Origin: a virus
Taxonomy: Duplodnaviria; Caudoviricetes
Virus record (IMG/VR): IMGVR_UViG_3300029288_000084
Location: 1 to 64,000 of that record
DNA: 64,000 nucleotides
Reading direction: 5' to 3' (one strand)
Numbering within the stretch: the first letter of the stretch is position 1; each line of letters opens with the position of its first letter. A program made the position numbers and the translations under genes. Below, piece by piece: positions 9,616-18,753 of this stretch. The notes under the pieces are model-generated. The model was not told the DNA's origin. It did no database searches and was given only the letters and a program-made list of their open reading frames with translations.

Positions 9616-9829
9616 TCTTTCGCCTTTTTACCGAAACTTTTTTCTTGGGTTCCGTTAATTTGATTTCCATTTTCTTAATTATCTTATTCCAATCTTTCAT
9701 TTGCTTTCGACAAAATTTAGAACTATCGCGATCTATGGTACACCCTGAATACAAGGTTGATTTGTAATATTCAATTGCTTTTTGTAAACCATAAATAATT
9801 TTTCTAATCTGTGGCTTTGTGATTGTCAT
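9602..9829 (-). CDS. hypothetical protein
   Basis: GGAGG RBS. Confidence 0.5.
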   Translation of the reverse strand: MTITKPQIRKIIYGLQKAIEYYKSTLYSGCTIDRDSSKFCRKQMKDWNKIIKKMEIKLTEPKKKVSVKRRKNETH

Positions 9830-9840
9830 AGATATCCTCC

Positions 9841-10140
9841 TTATACAAACATAGCTAGTAAATCTTCATCGATAAAAACACCACATGCAGAAAGAAATTC
9901 AATATCTTCTTCAGTAATTACTTCTGCTAACATTTCTAAGTCAAAATTTAAATAAATTTTATCTTGTTCAGCGTCAGAAATAATTGCCCAATCACCATTT
10001 ACTATTTCACTCAATTTTACAAATGCACATAAATCCCTTCGCTTAAATTTTGTTTTAATTGGGTGTTCAATTTCTGCAAAATTATCACTTATATTTTCTC
10101 CTGTAGCATTAAATAATTCAACCATTTTTTCTACTGTCAT
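9841..10140 (-). CDS. hypothetical protein
   Basis: GAGGG RBS. Confidence 0.55.
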   Translation of the reverse strand: MTVEKMVELFNATGENISDNFAEIEHPIKTKFKRRDLCAFVKLSEIVNGDWAIISDAEQDKIYLNFDLEMLAEVITEEDIEFLSACGVFIDEDLLAMFV

Positions 10141-10149
10141 GTTACCCCT

Positions 10150-10377
10150 CTATTTTTTAACATAAACCAAATTATTTTTAAAATCAATTTTTATTATTTT
10201 CACAATACTGGAATTAATTTTTAATTTATCACCAATACGATATAAAGAAGTATCTATCACTGAAAAACAATATCTTTCAACTTTTTTATTTTCTTTAAAA
10301 AATAAAAAAATAGCTCTTGCTATAAAAATTATTGATGATAAAAGAAGTCCAATCATAATCCAATGTTCAGTTTTCAT
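10150..10377 (-). CDS. small membrane-anchored protein
   Basis: N-terminal TM helix. Confidence 0.5.
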   Translation of the reverse strand: MKTEHWIMIGLLLSSIIFIARAIFLFFKENKKVERYCFSVIDTSLYRIGDKLKINSSIVKIIKIDFKNNLVYVKK

Positions 10378-10889
10378 TTTACTTTCACTATATCCTTTAA
10401 AACTTCACTTGGTAATCCAATATAAACACAATTACTACTTGCAAAATAAATACATTCAGAAAATTTTATTTTACTTTGTAATATCAATTCAAACATTTTA
10501 AAACTATTGTTTGATTTTATAATTGCTGATTTTCCATATTTTAATTGACTATATCTTGGCAATCCCATCATTACACCAATTTCATTATCAACAATACCAC
10601 AAATTATTTTCAAATTGGAATTGATTAAATTTTCGATAGGTATTAGCAATTCATTACACAACCTTTTTAAATTAAAGATATTTCTAGCATCTTGGCCCCA
10701 CATTCTGTTTACTTTTAAAATTTTCTTTTTATCTTTTTCATCAAAGTGAATTAATTTCAAGCATGAATCTGTAAATTGTTGAATTTTAAAATTCCCTGCT
10801 ACAACAAAATTATTACAGAGATTTGATCGATAAACAGAATCTTCTAATTCAACATAATTGATTGACAAGTTATTTGGGGTAGTAGACAT
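10374..10889 (-). CDS. hypothetical protein (possibly peptidase M15-like)
   Basis: LCNNF..NF...F, NLKRLCNELLIPIE..LKIICG resemble the Peptidase_M15_3 N-part; catalytic motifs not seen. Confidence 0.35.
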   Translation of the reverse strand: MSTTPNNLSINYVELEDSVYRSNLCNNFVVAGNFKIQQFTDSCLKLIHFDEKDKKKILKVNRMWGQDARNIFNLKRLCNELLIPIENLINSNLKIICGIVDNEIGVMMGLPRYSQLKYGKSAIIKSNNSFKMFELILQSKIKFSECIYFASSNCVYIGLPSEVLKDIVKVK

Positions 10890-11106
10890 CTTTGGTTAAT
10901 TCAATTTGGAGATATGGATAAGATTCAACATAGTGATCTGAATCAAACCTTCTTTCTGTTTGACAATGTCTTATAGCACAAATTTTTAACATTGTTTTTT
11001 GACAATTCAAAATACATTCAACCATATCACCTATTTGTGGCCTACAACACATTTCAGTGACTGTTGGACGAAAATTATCAAGATTACTATGACAAATTAC
11101 TTTCAT
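10870..11106 (-). CDS. hypothetical early protein
   Basis: AGGAG RBS after early promoter copy 2. Confidence 0.6.
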   Translation of the reverse strand: MKVICHSNLDNFRPTVTEMCCRPQIGDMVECILNCQKTMLKICAIRHCQTERRFDSDHYVESYPYLQIELTKDVYYPK

Positions 11107-11115
11107 TTAATCTCC

Positions 11116-11160
11116 TACAATAATATTATAATATAGATTTGTGGAAAAACAATAGAAAAA
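11116..11160 (-). promoter_or_regulatory. early-type promoter, repeat copy 2
   Basis: TTGTTT-N16-TATAAT-ATTATTGTA; differs from copy 1 by one A in the spacer. Confidence 0.8.
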
Positions 11161-11167
11161 TAAATTT

Positions 11168-11497
11168 TTATACATTTTGAATTTCTTTCTCACTCCATTC
11201 AAACAATTTTACTTTACTTTCATCTTCTAGACATAAAAAAATGCAAGGACCAGAAAACCACTCAACCGCTTGAACAATTTCTTTTACTTTTTTACCACTA
11301 CAGAGAATATATTCGTGAAGTTCAGGCCCATCATCGAACATTCCAGTGTCAGCAGCTGAAGCATATACATTTTGTGCCATACGAGTTTGTGTTGGCTTTC
11401 CACAATGGGGGCATGGATTAGATGGTACTTGTTGAACATTTTCGTTTATATATTGTTGAGCTTTTTCTGTTAAACCTATAATTTGTGTGCAACGCAT
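11168..11497 (-). CDS. hypothetical protein (CPHCG)
   Basis: ORF with RBS. Confidence 0.55.
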   Translation of the reverse strand: MRCTQIIGLTEKAQQYINENVQQVPSNPCPHCGKPTQTRMAQNVYASAADTGMFDDGPELHEYILCSGKKVKEIVQAVEWFSGPCIFLCLEDESKVKLFEWSEKEIQNV

Positions 11498-11499
11498 TT

Positions 11500-11883
11500 T
11501 TACTTCTCCTTTAATTTATGGCATAAGCAATCTGAACCATAATCATCGTATTGTTTTTCATTATCCTTATAAAATTCTAATGTTCTTTGTTCTTCTTCAT
11601 TTTCATTTTCTTCATCGATATGAACCCAAACAGGAATATTATTATATTGGCATTTGATTTTTACTCTAATTGTATCTTTGGAACCTTCTTCTGTCCTTTT
11701 ACCATATTCACAATTTCCACACCATATTTTTTTTTCTTGATTTACAACACCTAAACAAAAATTATGAGATTGACATTGTTTACAAATTGTACTATTATCA
11801 TCAAACGGTAATTTACAGGTTAAATATTCTACTGACATTTCATTCACCAAGCCACTTTTTTCTCTTTTCAGAATCTGGACCAA
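11500..11883 (-). CDS. Cys-rich hypothetical protein
   Basis: multiple CxxC; start probably at 11841. Confidence 0.5.
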   Translation of the reverse strand: MVQILKREKSGLVNEMSVEYLTCKLPFDDNSTICKQCQSHNFCLGVVNQEKKIWCGNCEYGKRTEEGSKDTIRVKIKCQYNNIPVWVHIDEENENEEEQRTLEFYKDNEKQYDDYGSDCLCHKLKEK

Positions 11884-13660
11884 ATGCTATATCAAGACTA
11901 ATAACAGAAGCTTCATCTTTTGTAAAAGTATATTCTGTTGGTTCATTTACCATTTTTGAATATTCATCTTCACTCAATGAACCTAAGCCTTTGAAATATT
12001 CGATGTTCCAACCCGTTGCATCAAAATTGTTAAAATCAGTTAGCGAATAGAATCGTCTTGAATCATGACCCTTTTTTGTTGCAATAACAAGAGGCGATAG
12101 ATATTTGCATATGATTCCTTTGTCAAATAGCTCAGGCCAGTATTTGTAAAAGAAATTGATCAATAGTGCTGTAATTGAGGATCCATCTTCATCCATATCA
12201 GTTAGAATAACAATTTTACCATACCGAAGTTCTTCAGCATTTTTATGAAGGTGTAACCCAGTTACTGTTAAAATATCAGCATATTCTTTATTATCAATAA
12301 CTTTTTTATCTGTTGAATTTTGTACATTTATAACTTTCCCCCTTAATGGCATGCAAGCATGATAATGTTTATCACGAATTGTTATGAATGTACTAGAAGC
12401 TGAATCCCCTTCAGTTAAAAAGAGAGCACATTTTTCTCTTTGATCACTTGTTGCATCCACCAATTTTGCTACAGATGTTTTTCGAAGTTTTTTACTCTTG
12501 TATTGTACTTCTTGCATTTCTTTCAATTGTTCTTTAATAAGATATGTATCAACAATAGGTTTAATTATTTCATCAATAGCAAGAATTTTTTTATAAAAAT
12601 CATCAGGAATATTATTCAGTATTTCTGTTAATTCACCTTGTGCATTAACCAAACGTTCTTTAGTCTGGCTGTCATATTTTGCATTTGGAAAATTCTTGAT
12701 ACTGAGAATCAAAAGCAATTTACTTTTGATATCGCTTGGCTTAACTTCGATTTTGTATTTCTTCTTGATAAGTTCTCGGAGATTATTTGTAATATACCAC
12801 AAAATAAATTCAACATGGCTTCCACCACGAATTGTTTCAATACCATTGATGAATGAAATTTGAGAAAAATCCTCAATAGGTAGAATTGCCAGTTTGTATC
12901 CATTTTCATGAATAACAAATTTATCACCGACAAACTTCACATAATCTTTAAAAACTGAGGTTCGAACAGTTTCACCATTAAACTTGAATTTGATTTCAGG
13001 AAAATTCATAGCAAGATCAAAAACTCGCTTTTGAATCAATCCCTTGTGGATTTCATCATAACCTTCAATTCCGAAATATTTGAAATCAATTTTGTAAGAA
13101 ATATCTGTTCCAGGCGGATAAGCAGATTCTTGTTTAACCTTAACAACTACATCATCGATGTGATTTTGACAGGTCATTATCATTCTCTTACCAGAGGAAT
13201 TATTTGTCTCAACTTTGAATAAAGTTGAAAAAATATTTGTAAGAGAAACGCCAACTCCAAATTTACCAATTGTGCCTTCAGATGAATCTGAAAAATTTGA
13301 ACCTGCACGAAGTTTTATAAAGGCAAGAGCTGACAAATACTGCTGATATTCTTCATTCCATTCAATTGGAAGACCTCTCCCATTATCGCGAATTCGGATT
13401 TCGTTATCCGAAGAAATGTCAATCCAAATTTTGTTGCCATATTGGAAATTTGTTTTGATTGCTTCATCAACTGAGTTTGAAACTACTTCATCAAAAAGTT
13501 TTAGTAATGCTGGAATAATTTCTACTTCTTTCTCAACAATTTTGTTGTTTTCAAAAATCCATCTTTTCTGTTTTTCCTTCTGAACAGAACCAACGTACAT
13601 TTCGGGGCGAGCAAGAACGTGTGCAATATCATCAAGAATTTTAATATTTGCTGGTTTCAT
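11840..13660 (-). CDS. 39: DNA topoisomerase II large subunit (gp39+gp60 fused)
   Basis: HVLARPEMYVGS, FDEVVSNSVDE, IRDNGRGLP, AGSNF, GKFGVG, LTEGDSA, PLRGKVIN, TDMDEDG, YFKGLGS. Confidence 0.96.
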   Translation of the reverse strand: MKPANIKILDDIAHVLARPEMYVGSVQKEKQKRWIFENNKIVEKEVEIIPALLKLFDEVVSNSVDEAIKTNFQYGNKIWIDISSDNEIRIRDNGRGLPIEWNEEYQQYLSALAFIKLRAGSNFSDSSEGTIGKFGVGVSLTNIFSTLFKVETNNSSGKRMIMTCQNHIDDVVVKVKQESAYPPGTDISYKIDFKYFGIEGYDEIHKGLIQKRVFDLAMNFPEIKFKFNGETVRTSVFKDYVKFVGDKFVIHENGYKLAILPIEDFSQISFINGIETIRGGSHVEFILWYITNNLRELIKKKYKIEVKPSDIKSKLLLILSIKNFPNAKYDSQTKERLVNAQGELTEILNNIPDDFYKKILAIDEIIKPIVDTYLIKEQLKEMQEVQYKSKKLRKTSVAKLVDATSDQREKCALFLTEGDSASSTFITIRDKHYHACMPLRGKVINVQNSTDKKVIDNKEYADILTVTGLHLHKNAEELRYGKIVILTDMDEDGSSITALLINFFYKYWPELFDKGIICKYLSPLVIATKKGHDSRRFYSLTDFNNFDATGWNIEYFKGLGSLSEDEYSKMVNEPTEYTFTKDEASVISLDIAFGPDSEKRKKWLGE

Positions 13661-13668
13661 ATTTGTTT

Positions 13669-13730
13669 ATGAAAAATGAAAAAGCCTGGCATCTTTCATT
13701 TCTGATTGATGCCAGGCTCTTCATTGTCAT
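13669..13730 (-). terminator. long hairpin / intrinsic terminator after the Ala/Lys-rich gene
   Basis: perfect AGCCTGGCATC / GATGCCAGGCT stem, extended by imperfect flanks, followed by TTTTTCATTTTT on the minus strand. Confidence 0.8.
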
Positions 13731-13739
13731 GCAGGAAAA

Positions 13740-14270
13740 CTACTTCGCAGCCAGAGTGGCTTTCTTGGCTTCCTTTGCGGCCTTCTTCTCAGCCGCCAGG
13801 CGCTCCTCTTCAGCCCTCTTCTCGGCGCGCTTCTGCTTGCGTTCAGCAGCAGCAGCAGCCTCAGCTTCGATCTCAGCCTTGCGAGCAGCCTTCTTGTCGG
13901 CTTTCTCCTTGGCCAGGCGATCGGCTTCAGCCTTCGCGGCGATCTTCGTCAGCTTGCGCTGTTCGGCAGCCTGAGTTTCAGCCTCAGCAGTAGCTTTCGC
14001 TTCCGCCTTGGCCTTCTTGGTCAGCTCATCCAGGAAGAAGTAAAGTTCCTTCTTCGCCAGACGAACCTTCATTCCGCTCACAGCAGCCGCCAGAGCTTCC
14101 TGCACCGCGGGATTGGTGCTGGTGTTGGTCATGAGACCCTCCTTCTTTTCCTCGACGGTGTTGACAGGAGCCGGAATAACCTGCTCAACAGGCTTTGCAG
14201 CCTCAGCAGCTTCCGCTTCCTTCCGCTTCCTTTCAGCCTCGTAATCGGCCTTCTTCCTAAAAAGTGCCAT
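13740..14270 (-). CDS. Ala/Lys/Glu-rich early protein (histone-H1/TolA-like low-complexity tail)
   Basis: own early promoter, AGGAGG RBS and terminator; markedly higher GC than its neighbours. Confidence 0.75.
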   Translation of the reverse strand: MALFRKKADYEAERKRKEAEAAEAAKPVEQVIPAPVNTVEEKKEGLMTNTSTNPAVQEALAAAVSGMKVRLAKKELYFFLDELTKKAKAEAKATAEAETQAAEQRKLTKIAAKAEADRLAKEKADKKAARKAEIEAEAAAAAERKQKRAEKRAEEERLAAEKKAAKEAKKATLAAK

Positions 14271-14310
14271 ATGAAAAACCTCCTGTGTTAAAGGATTTTT
14301 CGAAATCCCT

Positions 14311-14350
14311 TACAATAATATTATAATATAGATCTGTGGAAAAAACAAGT
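14311..14350 (-). promoter_or_regulatory. early-type promoter, repeat copy 3
   Basis: TTGTTT(14343-48)-N17-TATAAT(14320-25); T-tract upstream; small hairpin at 14292-14310. Confidence 0.85.
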
Positions 14351-14375
14351 ATTTTTTGAAAAAAAATTTTTTTTT

Positions 14376-14972
14376 TCATCGATTGTCCAGTTGCAATCCT
14401 AAAATAGAAATTGTATCTTTAGTAAGTATCTTTTCAACAGAGCAACCTTTTCGGCCATAATATTCAATTTGTTTCTTATATTTGCCAAAAGCACTTTTCC
14501 ATAATTCTTCTTTCTTTACTGATTTTATTTCCCACACCCAATCACGTTTCAAAGTGGGTTTTATCAATTTTCCAAAGATTTCAAAATTTCTTTCTGTTAA
14601 GGGAATTTGTAAATGTTCTAAAATGATGCATGTAGCATCATAAATTGAAAATCCTGTTAATGTGATAATATCTCTCAAAAGAAGTGCTAATGAATTACTT
14701 GCTAGAAAAATAAAATTAGCGGGTTTAATTTCAGACCACACATCACCCCTTTTCACAATTGCAGCGATATAGTCACTACTTGTAATATCAAATTTTGTGC
14801 CTTTCAGTAAATGTCTGATATTGACATTTCCACAGTAATAATTTTCCAATATCTGAATTGCTGTTGATATATGATATCCATCTTTCATTATCTCTTCAAT
14901 CATATCAACAGCAATTTCTTGTCTCTGAGAAACCGTCAAACCCTCGCCAAGTTTTTTTCGCCTTATGCACAT
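14376..14972 (-). CDS. hypothetical early protein
   Basis: AGGAGG RBS and its own sigma70 promoter. Confidence 0.65.
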   Translation of the reverse strand: MCIRRKKLGEGLTVSQRQEIAVDMIEEIMKDGYHISTAIQILENYYCGNVNIRHLLKGTKFDITSSDYIAAIVKRGDVWSEIKPANFIFLASNSLALLLRDIITLTGFSIYDATCIILEHLQIPLTERNFEIFGKLIKPTLKRDWVWEIKSVKKEELWKSAFGKYKKQIEYYGRKGCSVEKILTKDTISILGLQLDNR

Positions 14973-14991
14973 TCAACGGCCTCCTATTAGA

Positions 14992-15020
14992 ATTATATTA
15001 TAAACTTAATCCAAAATCAA
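14992..15020 (-). promoter_or_regulatory. sigma70-type promoter TTGATT-N17-TATAAT
   Basis: consensus spacing, followed by AGGAGG. Confidence 0.65.
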
Positions 15021-15041
15021 GAGGTAAAATAAAATTTATTA

Positions 15042-15072
15042 TGCCGGGGAGGGGAATCGAACCCCTATGAGG
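15042..15072 (-). pseudogene. orphan tRNA 3' half (T-arm plus acceptor 3' strand, Leu-like)
   Basis: CATAGGGGTTCGATTCCCCTCCCCGGCA parallels the 3' end of the adjacent tRNA-Leu (CATGAGGGTTCGAATCCCTCTCTGGGCA); no 5' half seen. Confidence 0.7.
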
Positions 15073-15077
15073 TTTTA

Positions 15078-15161
15078 TGCCCAGAGAGGGATTCGAACCC
15101 TCATGATCGTAAGATCCACAGATTTTAAGTCTGTTGCCTAAACCAATTCGGCTACCTGGGC
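15078..15161 (-). tRNA. tRNA-Leu(UAA)
   Basis: GCCCAGG acceptor, ACAGA-CT-TAA-AA-TCTGT anticodon arm, long variable arm, GGTTCGAATCC, A73; CCA not encoded. Confidence 0.93.
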
Positions 15162-15164
15162 ATT

Positions 15165-15632
15165 TCATGAAAAAATCTCTCTTAAACTAGAATCTATATT
15201 AAATTCAACATTTTTATTTTTATTTAATAATGTTTCAGATATCTTTCTTTTTGTATTTTCAGATTTCCTTTTTCCTTTATTCCCACACCCTCCTTTATTA
15301 TTTAAATGACTGTTTTGTTTACAAGCATTATCATAACCATATTTTTCAATTCTTCTTTGAAATATAGATTTAAAATTTCCAGATTCCACTAAATCAATAT
15401 GATTATCTTTATCAGTCCCCCAATACAAATGTTTAGGATTCGAACATTTACCATTATTACAGGCATGACATAAAAGTATTCTGCCACCAGGAATATTAGA
15501 ATCTAAATACTGTGCCAATACCCCTTTGTGATTTGTAGAATTTCCACCTCTTTCAATACACTTATCACTTAAATCAAGGTGTTTTCTTCTTTCTCCCCTA
15601 CTACAATTAATATATTCTTCAATTTTAATCAT
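15165..15632 (-). mobile_element. free-standing HNH homing endonuclease with NUMOD3-like tail, between two tRNAs
   Basis: LCHACNNGKCSNPKHLYWGTDKDN; KGKRKSENTKRKISE. Confidence 0.85.
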
Positions 15633-15636
15633 GTTC

Positions 15637-15710
15637 TGCCACTGAAAGGATTTGAACCTTTGTTAGGCGATTATAGATCGCTCGTTCTAACCAAACTAAA
15701 CTACAGCGGC
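15637..15710 (-). tRNA. tRNA-Ile(UAU)-like with non-canonical C33
   Basis: GCCGCTG/CAGTGGC-A acceptor, GTTT..GAAC D-stem, anticodon loop TC-TAT-AA, AAAGG-TTCAAAT-CCTTT T-arm. Confidence 0.75.
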
Positions 15711-16450
15711 TTATTTTCATCTTTTAGTTGCTGGTTATCTTTTTTGAAATGTTGACCATCCACAAAACCTTGATGTGAAATAAATATATTTTCTTTTCTT
15801 ACAAAGTCATTATATTTAATATCTTGTTGCTGTATTCCCAATTCTTTTAGTTTATCTTCATGTTGTTGTGAAATTCTTATTTGTAAAGCAAATCGATTTG
15901 TATTTTCCGAAAATTTCTTATGAAGTCCAGAAACAAAACCTGCTGAATAGTTATCTTCGATTTCACTATCCGTAACATTGTAATTTTCATTTTCAACCCA
16001 ATTTCCATTTTTATAAACCAAATTATCACCAGTCATTTTTAACATCATTATGTGTAATTTAAGTGCATGAGAAAATTCACTCAAACATTTTTGATAGTAT
16101 TTCCAACAAAAATCGAAAACATTTTTGAATATTGCAATATCGAGTTTATTGCCAATGCAAACGCCACTTTTTCTTGGTATTGCATAACGTCGATCTACTG
16201 TATAAACAAGAGTAACACGAAAAAAAGTTGCTAATACACTTGCTATTAGAAGTTTGTTTTTATTTACTTCGCCAATATCTTCGCTAGAAATTTCTTCTTT
16301 TGCCAATTCAATATCATTCATTGACAAATCGTATTTCAAAAGAAGTTTTTGTGCCTTTGTCATGGCAGCTTCAGATTCTTCCTTTGAAGAATTATTACTA
16401 GCAAGATTGAGAATTTTTTGAACTTTTACAATAATGTCTTCTTTAGTCAT
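15701..16450 (-). CDS. DUF2786-domain protein
   Basis: KVQKILNLASNNSSKEESEAAMTKAQKLLLKYDLSMNDI; YSAGFVSGL. Confidence 0.75.
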   Translation of the reverse strand: MTKEDIIVKVQKILNLASNNSSKEESEAAMTKAQKLLLKYDLSMNDIELAKEEISSEDIGEVNKNKLLIASVLATFFRVTLVYTVDRRYAIPRKSGVCIGNKLDIAIFKNVFDFCWKYYQKCLSEFSHALKLHIMMLKMTGDNLVYKNGNWVENENYNVTDSEIEDNYSAGFVSGLHKKFSENTNRFALQIRISQQHEDKLKELGIQQQDIKYNDFVRKENIFISHQGFVDGQHFKKDNQQLKDENKPL

Positions 16451-16712
16451 TTGGCAACTTTTTGATATCCTTTATGAAATTAAAAATATCTTTTTTTACT
16501 AATTGAGTTATTGGCTCGCCATGATTTATTAAATAAAAAGTTTCTTCATATCCTTTTGCAATAGTAAATCTATACATCCCACAATTTCTTATGCCCGACC
16601 AACATTCTTTTTGGTAAAGATCACATAATGTTTCTCTTTCTTTACTTGTGAGTTTACTATTTTTAACTTTCAACTTTTTGGCAATATCAAGAATTTCTTT
16701 TTTAATTTTCAT
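16443..16712 (-). CDS. hypothetical protein
   Basis: coupled ORF. Confidence 0.5.
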   Translation of the reverse strand: MKIKKEILDIAKKLKVKNSKLTSKERETLCDLYQKECWSGIRNCGMYRFTIAKGYEETFYLINHGEPITQLVKKDIFNFIKDIKKLPND

Positions 16713-16938
16713 TTTTTATTCCTTCAAAATCATATCTTTTAGCAAATTCTTCTTCTGTACAAACTTCATGTTCAGGACAACATGTATGATATTTACCAAT
16801 ATTTGGACAATCCTTTTTTGCACAAATAACACATGCATAATTTTCATTCATCAATGGTAAATCTTCTTCTCTTAATCCTCTGTATTTTTTTTGTAAAATT
16901 TTTACAATATTTTTTCTTTCTTCTTCTGTTTTACTCAT
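16702..16938 (-). CDS. Cys-rich hypothetical protein
   Basis: coupled ORF. Confidence 0.5.
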   Translation of the reverse strand: MSKTEEERKNIVKILQKKYRGLREEDLPLMNENYACVICAKKDCPNIGKYHTCCPEHEVCTEEEFAKRYDFEGIKNEN

Positions 16939-17419
16939 TTATACACATCTCCAAATCATTTTGTTCTAAAATTGTTCTATAAATTAGATTATTTGGAACC
17001 CAACCTCGATTGTTATTAAAAACCCACATATCATCTTTATTAAAGATTTTTGATAAAGCAGCAGCAGTTGCGGAACTTCTAGAAATTCCAGCGTGACATT
17101 GACAAACAATTAAATCAACATTATTCTGATTTTTGTTAAAATAAACAAAATCCAAAATATATTCTGCCATATGTTTGTTAAAATAAACATATGGTTTTTT
17201 ATAAAAGTCAGGGTAATCTTCAATGACTTGTGCATTGAAAGGGGTCATAGGTCTTTCAATATCGTGACAATTTACAACAGCTACACCCATACACTGTTGT
17301 GAAATTGTAATATTTGGATATTCAATGCCAGGTGAAATATATCGTATGATGATATGTTTTTCTTGACACTTATTTTCGAATTCCTGTAACTTATTGAAAG
17401 ATAAAATTTCAAATTTCAC
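16931..17419 (-). CDS. dual-specificity / tyrosine phosphatase-like protein
   Basis: IVCQCHAGISRSSATA (Cx5R) and WVPNNLIY. Confidence 0.8.
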   Translation of the reverse strand: MKFEILSFNKLQEFENKCQEKHIIIRYISPGIEYPNITISQQCMGVAVVNCHDIERPMTPFNAQVIEDYPDFYKKPYVYFNKHMAEYILDFVYFNKNQNNVDLIVCQCHAGISRSSATAAALSKIFNKDDMWVFNNNRGWVPNNLIYRTILEQNDLEMCINE

Positions 17420-17622
17420 TTTTTTCTCCTATTTATCTTTCTAGATTTTCTTTGAATTTTATTCATTTTTTTATTATGTTTTTTAATTTTTGAATCTCTG
17501 TGAGAATAGTTTTTGTAATTATTCGAAATTTCTATTGTACTCAATTTTACACGATCTTTTCGTTTTGTTTTTTCAGACAAAGCCATTGCCATTAACATAG
17601 ACGGGAGCAAATTATTTTTCAT
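17416..17622 (-). CDS. small basic protein
   Basis: K/R-rich, ends RKSRKINRRKK. Confidence 0.5.
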   Translation of the reverse strand: MKNNLLPSMLMAMALSEKTKRKDRVKLSTIEISNNYKNYSHRDSKIKKHNKKMNKIQRKSRKINRRKK

Positions 17623-17623
17623 C

Positions 17624-17956
17624 TTAATCTCCTACTTGTAATTCCGCATTATATTTTTTTGCAAGATTTTCGGCAGCTTCAAAAATAATATCTTGTTGAA
17701 TTTTTGATGTATATTCTGAATGTGTATTTAAAAATTCGCAATAAAGCCAACCATTTTTTTCATCATATCCTTGTCTAAAAACTGAAAAATAATCGTAGTG
17801 AAGTATTCCCATTTTTAAATTAACTAATCTAGTTAATTCATATTTTGTTTCCATCCAAAGATTTCTAAGGATTTTCAAATCAGGATTCGGAAATAAAAAA
17901 CTAATCCCGTATGTGAAATGAATATTATCAGGAAGATTTATGATAACTTTATTCAT
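17624..17956 (-). CDS. hypothetical protein
   Basis: packed ORF. Confidence 0.5.
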   Translation of the reverse strand: MNKVIINLPDNIHFTYGISFLFPNPDLKILRNLWMETKYELTRLVNLKMGILHYDYFSVFRQGYDEKNGWLYCEFLNTHSEYTSKIQQDIIFEAAENLAKKYNAELQVGD

Positions 17957-18562
17957 CTAGTTATTTCCGTATTTGATATTCTCGCCTGAATTATATTCTT
18001 TATCAGTTAAACAACCAATATATTCATAATCAATGAAAGTTCCACATGGACATTTTTCACGATTAATTTCAGAAAACTGTTTCCATTTACCATTGATTTT
18101 TACAAACATTGGTTTATAAACATCGTCATCATCATCTATAAATCGTTGTTGTTCGGTAATTGATTCTTGTTTTTGTGAGAAAAAAAAGTAGTTTAAATTC
18201 TTACGTTTTTTATAATACTTGAACATTTGTTTAACAGTTATTCGTTTAAATTTTAAATCAATCCACAATACATATTTGTGAATGTATCCACTTCTTTCTT
18301 TAGCATTAAAAAAATACCAATCGGCGATTTTTTGACAAATAAATTGTCTAATTTTACTTGATTTCTTTTTCGACTTAAATTTCGGCTGATTATGCATCCA
18401 TTCAGTAAATCTTTCGCGATATTCTTTATCGAAAAAGTATCCGCGAAGATGACATGGTCCAATAAAAAACATTTTTAAAAAACACAACAACAAAGAAACA
18501 AACAACACATGGTACAAAACTTCGTTAATTTTGTCTATAACCATTTTTCTCCTCCATAACAA
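17957..18562 (-). CDS. hypothetical membrane-anchored protein
   Basis: N-terminal TM; start likely 18544. Confidence 0.5.
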   Translation of the reverse strand: MLWRRKMVIDKINEVLYHVLFVSLLLCFLKMFFIGPCHLRGYFFDKEYRERFTEWMHNQPKFKSKKKSSKIRQFICQKIADWYFFNAKERSGYIHKYVLWIDLKFKRITVKQMFKYYKKRKNLNYFFFSQKQESITEQQRFIDDDDDVYKPMFVKINGKWKQFSEINREKCPCGTFIDYEYIGCLTDKEYNSGENIKYGNN

Positions 18563-18753
18563 GTTACAATTCCACCTACTGGAACTGAAAAATTATCCCT
18601 TTTCCCCCAAACTATTTTTATAAAACTTTTACATTCTCTTTCACAATCACTACTACCAACTCTTACACCTTTTCCAAATGGACACTCGGGCATACATGTA
18701 TCATTTTCAGTTAAATAAAAATTTGTAGTATAGTCTTTCTTAATTTCGCTCAT
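18535..18753 (-). CDS. small Cys-rich protein, CxxxCP..VGSxxC family
   Basis: motif shared with 57410-57829 and 59052-59519. Confidence 0.55.
   Translation of the reverse strand: MSEIKKDYTTNFYLTENDTCMPECPFGKGVRVGSSDCERECKSFIKIVWGKRDNFSVPVGGIVTCYGGEKWL

Noticed and set aside
11840-13660. T4 gene 60-style ribosomal bypass or split topoisomerase
   Set aside because: The gp39 and gp60 regions form one uninterrupted 606-aa frame.
15637-15710. Amber-suppressor tRNA (CTA within the loop) and TAG recoding of the genome
   Set aside because: Stem register puts TAT, not CTA, at positions 34-36. Core genes such as gp44 and uvsX end at TAG at the expected lengths, and long genes are not broken by TAG.
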